The translations under genes and the position numbers were made by a program. Of a DNA stretch of 64,000 bases, positions 32,824-42,921 are shown piece by piece. This DNA is from Scyliorhinus canicula (Eukaryota), in the NCBI RefSeq assembly GCF_902713615.1, contig NC_052146.1:309954335-310018334 (forward strand). The letters run 5' to 3'. The number at the start of each line of letters is the position of its first letter. Within the stretch, counting starts at the first letter, position 1. The notes beneath the pieces were generated by a model. That model was not told where the DNA came from. It was given only the letters and a program-made list of their open reading frames with translations, and made no database searches.

Positions 32824-33168
32824 GTGCGAATGCTCCAGTCCTTATCCAGTCCCCGAGTCTGGAACGTGTCACAGAGGGTCAGACTGCACGGTTACAGTGC
32901 ACCATGCGGAACGCCGCAGTGACACACACCGATGTTCACTGGGACCGGGAGTTGCCAGGGAAAGATATGGAGAGGGTTTTAACACATGATATAAAGAATA
33001 ACACACAACGGAGTCCGGGTTTCACTGAGCGTTTCCATCCTTCCCGAGACACGGCGAATAAAACCTTCATCCTGACAATCAGCAACGTGCAGCCCAGTGA
33101 CACTGCCGTCTATTACTGCTCCGTGTGGGGAGATATCAGTGGGAATGGATCACAGCTGAATGTAACCA
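32824..33168 (+). CDS. V5 exon
   Basis: Same splice signals, 345 nt, open frame; ends ...SVWGDISGNGSQLNVT. Confidence 0.9.
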
Positions 33169-34546
33169 GTAAGTACAGTTTCTATGAGTCTCATGTGGTT
33201 TTGGTCACAGATGGAATCTTCCTGAACTTATCTTCCAGACTTAAATTCTTTGACTCCTTTGTTTACTCAGGTTATTGCCAATGCGGTGCCTCGAGCTGGT
33301 TGGTTTTATATTCATACTTTATTGGCAAGGTGCCATCCCTAACTGCCCTGGAGAAGGTGGTGGTGAGCTGCTGCACTCCATGTGGTGTAGGTACTGCTGT
33401 TAGGGAGGGAGTTCCAGGATTGTGACCCAGCGACAGTGTAGTAACGGCGATACATTTTGTTACGACACCCTGGGCCAGCGCACGGTCAGTTCCAGCCCCA
33501 CAGACCCCGGAGTCCCAACATAAGTCAATTAACCAGGAACTTGTGTACTTTCCTGATATCTTTGATCGTTGACCTCTCCAATCAGTTACAGGCACCAGTT
33601 TTGAATGTAAATCATTAGAACTGTTTATTTATAAAAAGAGTAAAGATGAACATATAATGGAAATAATGTAACACGGCACTACTAGTCTAACTATTCTCCA
33701 AACACCGTCCCACCCACCACCCACATGCACACAAGACAGACACACAGGGGGGAAGGGAAAGGATTGAAATGATGGGGATTAAACTGGGTGTGAGATATTT
33801 GAGGATCTTTGCTGCTGAGGTTGAGGTCTTTGTCGGCAGTGATCACTTCAGAATGCGAGATGTTGAACCATCAGTTGGGTTAGATCTTCAAGCTGGGCCA
33901 TTCAGGCTGGATTCTCAGGTTGTGGGATTCCATCTGGAAGGAGAACTTCAAACCAGCTGAGTTTCTGATATGTGGTCAGTTTCAGCAGACTCACCAACAA
34001 CTTGTCTCAGTTACACAGAATATTAGAGCAGCATTTTCGTGAGGCCTTTGACTGATCTGCTACCTTTAATAGAAGAGGGATCTGGAATGATCCCCCCTCC
34101 CCAGCTCTGTATTCAGGTTTTGAGTACTCACTAACTGCTCTGTGTACCTGAAGGGAGTTTAAACTGAGATTTGAGAGAGAATTGCCCTCTTCTGGGACAG
34201 AGATTCAAAAGGATTCTGCTCAGCTCTGCAGTTTGGAAAAATCTGGGTTGGCCAACACTGATTCGTCCTCCAACACAGCCGGACACTTCTCAGCTCAAAC
34301 TCTCTTTGGCATTCCGTGGACCACAACAGTTTTCCGTGTTTCTGTAACATGGCCAACATGCATTGTCCCTCAGTCTCTAACTGAGCCAGTCTCTGAGGGT
34401 TTGGTTTATAAGGAGGTGGCTTTGGGGTTTGAAAAGGTTTGAAGTCCCCACCATGGGGGGTGAACAGACTGCCCCCTGGTACTTCCCTCCAACTTGGTCT
34501 ACACTCCTTGGCACCATCTCTATACCTGACTCTGTCTGTCCCTCAC

Positions 34547-34975
34547 CACTCGCTGTGTGAATCTGTCTCCACCACACTCTCAGACAGAACATTCCAGATC
34601 CTAACCACTCGCTGTGTGAATCTGCTCCACCACACTCTCAGACAGTACATTCCGGATCCTAACCACTCGCTGTGTGAATCTGCCTCGACCACACTCTCAG
34701 ACAGAACATTCCAGATCCTAACCACTCGCTGTGTGAATCTGTCTCCACCACACTCACAGACAGTACATTCCAGATCGTAAACACTCCCTGTGTAAATATG
34801 TCTCCATAACACTCGCAGACAGAACATTCTAGATTCTAACTACTCGCTGTGTTAATTTACCTCCACCACACTCTCAGATAGTACATTCCAGATCCTAACC
34901 ACTCGCTGTGTGAATCTGTCTCCACCACGCTCTCAGACAGTACATTCCAGACCCTAACCACTCACTCTGTGGAAG
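34547..34975. repeat. 59-bp minisatellite (~7 copies) derived from a CR1 3' ORF2 segment
   Basis: Unit CACTCGCTGTGTGAATCTGTCTCCACCACACTCTCAGACAGAACATTCCAGATCCTAAC. The reverse strand reads FTQRVVRIWNVLSESVV. Confidence 0.85.
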
Positions 34976-35358
34976 AAGTTTTTTTCTTCATTTCACATTT
35001 GCCTTTTTTGCAAATTATTTTTTTGCCCGCTGTCTCAATCTTTTCAGAAAGGGGAACAGTTTCTCCCTGTCTGCTCTGGTCAGAACTCCAGTGATTTTGA
35101 ACATCTCTATCAAATCTCCTCTGATCCTTCTTCTCTCCAAGGAGAATGGTCCAACTTCTCCAATATATCCCCAGAACTGAAGTTCCCCATCCCTGGATCC
35201 ATTGTCTTGAATCTTTGCTGCACTCTCTCCGATACCTTCACATCCTTCCTAAAGTGCGATACCCAGAACTGGATGTAATATTCTGATTGAGGCTGAACTA
35301 ATATCTGAAGCTGAATATACTGAAGCTGCCGTGTGTCTAACATTCTGATATTTTACAG

Positions 35359-35509
35359 AACAATCATCCAACAAGAATCCCAGGACTTCAGATGTGATTG
35401 TTTTAAGCACGGGGATAATCCTGGCCTTTGTTGTCTTGTTCTGCTTTGCTCTGCTCACATGTTATCTTGTAAAAAAGAGGTTGCACTCTGCAAAGAACTC
35501 CACACAAAG
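35359..35509 (+). CDS. Stalk/transmembrane exon of the VJ receptor (phase 1/2)
   Basis: ttttacag|AA CAA...CAA AG|gtaaat. Encodes (K)QSSNKNPRTSD-VIVLSTGIILAFVVLFCFALLTCYLV-KKRLHSAKNSTQ, an uncharged TM with a basic stop-transfer cluster. Confidence 0.85.
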
Positions 35510-36739
35510 GTAAATATGACTCATCTTGTGTTTGATACTGTAACTGCACAAGGTCATTATTTTATAACTAGCTGCTTTTATTGAGGAGCCACATTCCCCT
35601 TGCAGCCAAGCGTTCAGGTGGTGTGAGCTGGTACTGTTGAGACCAACACATGTGCCAGTGATTGACTGGTGCCAGTCATCTCCAACTGTCCTGGCATCAC
35701 AACCACCCCAGTATTGACCAACAGGCACCTAACTGCTGCTGCTGAGAGCCAGGATGGTTTGAACAGTTGAAGCTCTAAACCTCGCCCTTCGGACATTAGT
35801 GCTGGATAATTGCCACCCTCGCCCTGCGTGCTGGTTCAGTGCCCGTGTCTCGCTGGCTGCACAGTCCCTCATGGTGGTTAGAACAAACTAGTGTTCATGC
35901 TCTCTGTCTAAACAGCCCATGTCGGCCTTTACTCTCCCCACAAGGAAATAGTTCTCATCATATTCACACCATGATCCCATATCTCTTCAGCGTTCTTTTT
36001 CATCACCTCCCTCTCCAATCTAATCTCAAATGTTGACATTATTTCTGCCTCACAAACTAGTCTGGGTAAATCCCACATCCTCCCGACTCTGTGTCAAGAT
36101 ATTTCCCTGCCCTCTTCTAAGTCTCTTCCATAAGCTTGTGTCCAGAGCTCCTCAATCTTCACCCTTCCTGCAAAAGTCTGCTTCCATCTCTTCTATCCCA
36201 AGTTTAAAGAATTTTGAAGCCCTTTGATCATATTGCTCTGCAATCTGGGTTATGCTGATGATAAAAAATGTCTTCCGTCTTTCTTTGTCTTTGTTTTCCT
36301 GACACCAGATCCAATCCCAGTGAATCTCTCCTGTTTCCTCACTAAAGCCTGACAGCTTAATCAGCTTGGAGTGGAGAGCTCTCTAGCATGTCTTCCAAAA
36401 CTGATATAACTTTCACTGTCAGTGAAGGACAGACAGCCTCGGTGTTTCTTAACTAACATTCAAAACATTCAAATATTCCGGAGAATATTGTGCAAAATGG
36501 GTGTTGAAATTTCCAGGTTGTAACGAGACAGCAGTGAGTGCATGGCCCAGATAGCAGAAAATCCAAGTATTCATTGTGGATTCACTGGGAGCCCAGGGGA
36601 ATCCTGACCAGTCTGGTTTAGGTGGTGTGACCGTGGACATCTGCACAGTTTGCATTGCTTTGATAGAAATGAGATGGATCAGATTTCCCAGGAGAAATCC
36701 GCACTGTTTCCAGCTCTTTCCCAAAGTGTGACATGCTTT

Positions 36740-36990
36740 GTGTTTATTGAGTTGGGAGGTTAATGGGGTGGTGAAAACGGCAGATGGGACACTTGCCTTT
36801 ATCAATCGGGGCATCGATTACAAAAGCAGGGAGGTCATGTTGGAGTTATGTAGAACTTTGGTGAGGCCACAGCTGGAGTACTGTGTCCAGTTCTGGTCAC
36901 CACATCATAGGAAGGATGTGATTGCACTGGAGGGGGTGCAGAGGAGATTCACCAGGATGTTGCCTGGGATGGAACGTTTAAGTTATGTTT
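36740..36990 (+). pseudogene. CR1 ORF2 3' fragment
   Basis: LVRPQLEYCVQFWSPHHRKD...RFTRMLPGM. Confidence 0.85.
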
Positions 36991-37253
36991 CATAGAACAT
37001 AACTTAAATGTTCCATCCCAGGCAACATCCTGGTGAATCTCCTATGAAGAGAGTTTGGATTCCTTTCTTCATCTGAGAGCAAATTCTGCTTATTTAGTGA
37101 ATGATTCCGGATATCTGGCTCATCCGTGTCATCGTCCTTAAAAACTGGAATCAAAGGTCCATGGTGGAAAATCTAAACTCCGTCTCCAGCAAGAGTGTGA
37201 CCTGTTGTTCTGCGGTAATGCTGCAATGAAGCTAATGTGTGGCATTTCTTTAG

Positions 37254-37297
37254 GATCCCTGATGAAGACCAGAACCCTGTGTTTGCAACAGTGGACG
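37254..37297 (+). CDS. Cytoplasmic exon 1 (phase 2/1)
   Basis: atttctttag|G ATC CCT...GAC G|gtgagt. Encodes (R)IPDEDQNPVFATVD; the phases link the TM exon to the next exon. Confidence 0.75.
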
Positions 37298-37559
37298 GTG
37301 AGTAAACTAATTCAACCATTGTTGCCACGTTCACCGGGAATTACGCTCGATCCCAGATACCCCTTTGATGCTGTTAGTTTTGGGATGGAATTAACATGCT
37401 AATAATTTGACCAATTCATTTGTCTGATTTGCAAAGTTTACCGTTAAATGCTGTAAAGCTACATGGGACAGAATGAAGATGGTAGGAGGCTGTCCCCAGC
37501 CCTGTAGCTGCAGAGTGTGAGACATACCCTCAGGGTGGCAATGTTATTGTCAATGTGCA

Positions 37560-39185
37560 GGGAAGGTCATGTTTACCAACTTAATAGAATTCTTTGTGGA
37601 AGTAACAAAGTTGAATGATGAGGGAAGGGCTGTAGATGTCATATACATGGACTTCAGTAAGGCATTTGATAAGGTTCCCCATGGTAGGCTGATGGAGAAA
37701 GTGAAGTCTCCTGGGGTCCAGGGTGTACTAGCTAGATGGATAAATAACTGGCTGGGCAACAGGAGACAGAGAGTAGTAGTGGAAGGGAGTTTCTCAAAAT
37801 GGAGAACTGTGACTAGTGGTGTTCCACAGGGATCCGTGCTGGTACCCCTGTTGTTTGTGATATACATAAATGATCTGGACGAAGGTATAGGTGGTCTGAT
37901 TAGCGAGTTTGCAGATGACACTAAGATAGGTGGAGTAGCAGATAGTGCAGCACGGTAGCATGGTGGAGATGGAGTAGCAGATTGGGCAGCACGGTAGCAT
38001 GGTGGTTAGCATAAATGCTTCACAGCTCCAGGGCCCCAGGTTCGATTCCCGGCTGGGTCACTGTCTGTGCGGAGCCTGCATGTCCTCCCCGTGTGTGCGT
38101 GGGTTTCCTCCGGGTGCTCCGGTTTCCTCCCACAGTCCAAAGATGTGCGGGTTAGGTGGATTGGCCATGCTAAATTGCCCTTAGTGTCCTAAAAAGTAAG
38201 GTTAAGGGGGGGGTTGTTGGGTTACGGGTATATGGTGGATACATCGGTTTGAGTAGGGTGATCATTGCTCGGCACAACATCGAGGGCCGAAGGGCCTCGT
38301 CTGTGCTGTACTGTTCTATGTCTATAGTGAAGGGGACTGTCAGAGAATACAGCAGAATATAGATAGATTGGAGAGTTGGGCGGAGAAATGGCAGATGGAG
38401 TTCAATCTGGGCAGATGCGAGGTGATGCATTTTGGAAGATCCAATTCAAGAGTGAACTATACAGTAAATGGAAAAGCCCTGGGGAAAATTGATGTACAGA
38501 GATCTGGGAGTTCAGGTCCATTATACCCTGAAGGTGGCTGCGCAGGTTGATAGAGTGGTCAAGAAGGCATACGGCATGCTTTCCTTCAACGGAAGGGGTC
38601 TTGAGTACAAGAGTCGGCAGGTCATGTTACAGTTGGATAGACTTTGGTTCGGTCACATTTGGAATACTGCGTACAGTTCTGATCGCCACATTACCAGAAG
38701 GATGTGGATGCTTTGGAGAAGGTGCAGAGCAGGTTCACCAGGATGCTGCCTGGTATGGAGGGTGCTAGCTGTGAAGAGAGGTTGAGTAGATTAGGATTAT
38801 TTTCATCAGAAAGACGGATGTTGAGGTGGGACCTCATTGAGGTCTACAAAATCATGAGAGGAATAGACAGGGTGGATAGCAAGAAGCTTTTTCCCAGAGT
38901 GGGGGACTCATTTACTAGGGGTCATGAGTTCAAGGTGAGAGGGGAAAAGTTTAAGGGAGATATGCGTGGAAAGTTCTTTACGCAGAGGGTGGTGGGTGCC
39001 TGGAACGCATTGCCGGCGGAGGTGGTAGAGGAGGGCACGAGAGCGACATTTAAGATGTATCTCGACAGACACATGACTGGGCAGAGAGCAGAGGGATACA
39101 GATCCTTAGAAATTGGTGACAGTTTTAGATAGAGGATCTGGATCGGTGCAGGCTTGGAGGGCCGAAGGGCCTGTTCCTGTGCTGT
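37560..39185 (+). mobile_element. 5'-truncated CR1 (RT 3' half) interrupted by a SINE at ~37987-38325
   Basis: TNLIEFF...DFSKAFDK...PQGSVL...FADDTK, resuming at 38326 through to FFTQRVV and the gagggccgaagggcctg tail. Confidence 0.85.
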
Positions 39186-39599
39186 TACAGTGAGTGACCC
39201 CAAAATGATAAATTTTCGGACAGAGAAAGTCCACGGAACGGACCTCGATATTTCACCAGCATCTGGAATATCCTTGTAGAGTGATCACATTGTCAGTTCT
39301 CAGAGGGATTCCTGGGACTGGAGGTGGTTAAGAGTTGACCGATTAGTTTGAGATGAGAGTTTTTGATTGAATTGAGAGAGAAAAACTATTTGCTCTGGCG
39401 AGTGGGTTAACAACTAGAGATCAGAGATTGAAAATTATTGGGTAAAGATCGAGAGGGGAGATGGGGAGAAATGTTTTTCACTCAGAGAATTGTCGGGATC
39501 TGAAACGCTCGCCCAGAAAATGTGGTGGAAGCTGATTCCAGAAATCATCTTCAAAGAGAGTTGGGCAGGTACTTGCTATGGAGGGAGAGCAGCGAAGGT

Positions 39600-40085
39600 T
39601 TACCAGGCTGAATCCTGGGATGGTGGGACTGTCCTATGAGGAGAGACTAAGTGGGTTAGGATGATATTCACTGGAGTTTAGAAGAGTGAGAGGGGATCTC
39701 ATAGAAACTTCTAAAATTCTAACAGGATTAGACAGGGTAGATTCAGAAAGAATGTTCCCGATGGTGGGGGAGTCCAGAACTAGGGGTCATAGTTTGAGGA
39801 TAAGGGGTAAAGCTTTGAGGACTGAGGTGAAGATAAATTTCTTCACCCAGAGAGTGGGGAATCTGTGGAATTCACTCCCACAGAAAGTAGTTGAGGCCAA
39901 AATGTTGTGTAATTTCAAGAAGGAATTAGATTTTGCTCTTGGGGCTAAAGGGATCGGGGGATATGGGGTAAGGCGGGATCAGGGTACTGAACTTGATGAT
40001 CAGCCATGATCATAATGAATGGGGGAGCAGGCTCGAGGGCCGAATGGCCTCCTCCTGATTCTATTTTCCACGTTTCTGTGTATGT
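39600..40085 (+). pseudogene. CR1 3' fragment
   Basis: RGDLIET.KIL...RTRGHSLRIRG...FFTQRVGNLWNSLP. Confidence 0.85.
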
Positions 40086-40364
40086 CTCAGGAATTTACAG
40101 GATTCCGGATAAAAAGCAGGAATGTGGGATTAGGCACAATGGCCCTTTAAAGAATCAGCACAGATTCAATGGGCTGAATGGCCTCCTCCTGTTCTGTGAG
40201 TGTCTGATCTCTCTGATGAGCTTTATAACGGAGAGGAGGCCTCATGTCTCCCGGGAAAACTGCCCAGGTCACTCCGGAATTTTCATTTGCTGTCATTCCT
40301 AGATTCCTGAGCTCGGCCTTTACATGGATCTATTCTGAAGAACCATCTTTGTGTTTTCTTTTAG

Positions 40365-40417
40365 ATAAAACACGGAGCAGCAATCAAGAGGTTCAAGAAG
40401 CCCCTCCTGCTCCTTTG
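40365..40417 (+). CDS. Cytoplasmic exon 2 (phase 1/0)
   Basis: gtgttttcttttag|AT AAA...CCT TTG|gtaagg. Encodes (D)KTRSSNQEVQEAPPAPL. Confidence 0.75.
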
Positions 40418-40769
40418 GTAAGGAAATGGAAATGGGGTTTAGCTGTTGTTCTTTGCTGCATTTTAAATTTGTTGCCATTTCCCAAAATAGGAACCACATC
40501 AATGAAAGAGGAGGAGTTTCAATGTTACTGTAACTTTACAAATCAATCCTGTTACAGACAGGAGAGTGATAGACAACCTGCTCTGATTTCCCCGCTCCAC
40601 CTGTCTGTCTGCACAACGTGTTTTCAATTAGTTGGTGATGGCATATTTTTCAAACCTATTGAGTTCTGTGAACCAATTTACGAATAAACAGCAGAAAACT
40701 GGAGGTAACAGTTACTCAGAAGGTTAGTTTAAACCTGGGGAGGAAGTTTCACAACTTCCCACACCATTA

Positions 40770-41010
40770 CACACACTCATATATATTGGCACACTCACAC
40801 TCACACACACTCTCACACACTCTCTCACACACTCACAGATACACTTTCACACTCTCACACCCTCTCACACACACACCCACACACACCCCCAGATGCATCT
40901 TCTCACACACCCTCTCACACAAAAACACCCTCATACACAGACAGACACACACCCTCTCACACACACACACCCTCATACACACACAGACACCCTCATAGAC
41001 CCACTCTCGC
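40770..41010. repeat. CA/CT-rich low-complexity tract
   Basis: Imperfect (CA)n/(CT)n. Confidence 0.8.
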
Positions 41011-41197
41011 ATCGCTGTCCTCTCCCTCACACGGGAGACCACTCTCTCTCCTTCATTCTGTCGCCATTTCGCACACACACTGACTTGCAGAATCACTGCT
41101 TATTTTATTCTCAGACATTTTTTGAAAAGTTTCTAGCACCTTCTATGTGACCAGGTTAAAGTTGGGGACAGAGTTTGTGTGGGTTTCCAACCTGAAA

Positions 41198-41452
41198 CTT
41201 GAGGGGTGATTTTTTGAGGGGTGATTTTTTGAGGGGTGATTTGTTGAGGGGTGATTTGTTGAGGGGTGATTTGTTGAGGGCTGATTTGTTGAGGGGTGAT
41301 TTGTTGAGGGGCGATTTGTTGAGGGGTGATTTGTTGAGGGGTGATTTGTTGAGGGGTGATTTGTTGAGGGGTGATTTGTTGAGGGGTGATTTGTTGAGGG
41401 GTGATTTGTTGAGGGGTGATTTGTTGAGGGGTGATTTGTTGAGGGGTGATTT
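41198..41452. repeat. 15-bp minisatellite (TTGTTGAGGGGTGAT)n, ~17 copies
   Basis: The tandem array is directly visible. Confidence 0.95.
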
Positions 41453-42062
41453 TGAGCCCCTCTGCGTCCGTGAGAAAGTCACCGTGGGGCCTAAACTCTG
41501 TAGAGAAGCGAAAAATGTGATTCTCTTCCGCGTGATTGGTGTTTGGACAGATCATGCCATTGAAAACAATAACTTACATTCTAACACTGGGGACTGGATT
41601 CTCGGGCCCCCAGACGCATGTTCCTCGGCCGCGCGCTGTTCGCTGGCAGCGGGATTCTATCATTGAGGAGGTGGTGGGGAGCTGCCTTCTTGAACCGCTG
41701 CAGGCCCTGAGGTATAAGGACATGAAATGTAAAATATTCCCTGGGACTATTTGGAAGATGGGCAGAGGAATCATCCTTTAATGTCCTGGGTGATATTTAT
41801 CCCGAAAAAAAGTTACCAAAGCTGATTGGTCATTGTCACATTGTTATTTGTGGGATCTTGCTCTGCACAAATTCACATGTGTAGCAGAGCGACCAGAGTC
41901 AATACAAAACACATCCCAGCAGCCTGTCAGTACCTTCCAGAGAGAAAGGCAAAGAAGATGAAATCATTCAGTTATTAATAATAATACCGTTCGATCTGTT
42001 GACAGACATTCTTCCATTCTGTGTGGAAATAAATACTGATCAATATTTCTATTGGATTACAG

Positions 42063-42179
42063 TCAGGTGAAGGGGAATGTAAATATGCTGAGCTTCGATT
42101 CCATTGCCCAGGTACCAGGCAGCCGGCAGTATCACTGACTGAAAGCACGGCGGAGTATGCTGTTGTTCAACGTTCTTAA
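42063..42179 (+). CDS. Terminal cytoplasmic exon with two Tyr motifs (phase 0 to stop)
   Basis: ttacag|TCA GGT...TCT TAA. Encodes SGEGECKYAELRFHCPGTRQPAVSLTESTAEYAVVQRS*. Confidence 0.8.
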   Translation, partial: SGEGECKYAELRFHCPGTRQPAVSLTESTAEYAVVQRS

Positions 42180-42319
42180 ACCTCAAAACCAGCAATAATT
42201 AACCAGTGGGACAAGCAGCAGTGACCAAAACCTTACCCAATCACAATCATCTCGGCCTTTCCTGCACATTTCAACGGCTTCAATCTCTCAACAATATCAG
42301 AGCGAGATTGTAAATCCCA

Positions 42320-42921
42320 GACCCTGATATTACTGGGCACACAGACCCTGATATTACTGGACACACAGACCCTGATATTACTGGACACACAGACCCTGCT
42401 ATTACTGGGCACACAGACCCCTGATATTACTGGACACTCAGTCCCTGATATTACTGGACACACAGACCCTGATATTACTGGACACACAGACCCTGATATT
42501 GCTGGGCACACAGACCCTACCTGACCCTGATATTACTGGACACACAGACCCTGATATTACTGGACGCACAGACCCTGATATTACTGGACACACAGACCCT
42601 GATATTACTGGGCACACAGACCCTGATATTACTGGACACTCTGACTCTGATATTACTGGACACACAGACCCTGATATTACTGGACACACAGACCCTGATA
42701 TTACTGGACACACAGACCCTGATATTACTGGACACACAGACCCTGATATTACTGGACACACAGACCCTGATATTACTGGACACACAGACCCTGATATTAC
42801 TGGACACTCAGACCCTGATATTACTGGACACACACACCCTGATATTACTAGACACATATACCCTGATATTACTGGACACACACACCCTGATATTACTGGA
42901 CACACACACCCTGATATTACT
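42320..42921. repeat. 24-bp minisatellite (GACCCTGATATTACTGGACACACA)n, ~25 copies
   Basis: The tandem array is directly visible, ~140 bp after the receptor stop codon. Confidence 0.95.

Larger units (their letters stand above)
27100..33840 (+). repeat. Tandem segmental array of ~1.62-kb units, each carrying one VJ exon
   Basis: Exon starts are spaced 1971, 1623 and 1623 bp apart; the first unit carries an extra ~350-bp SINE. Every unit has the same LINE-tail, LTR-like and SINE fragments in the same order. Confidence 0.92.

Noticed and set aside
13188-33168. Calling the V exons a rearranging TCR or Ig locus
   Set aside because: The J-like strand is already joined, no RSS flank the exons, and no C1 exon was found. 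The downstream exons encode a TM and a long tyrosine-motif tail instead.
36309-36345. Alternative phase-2 cytoplasmic exon after a polypyrimidine tract
   Set aside because: It hits TAA after 12 codons with no good donor; the 37254 exon fits the phases much better.
41941-41965. Extra exon after ccttccag
   Set aside because: The phase-0 frame stops at TGA within 7 codons.
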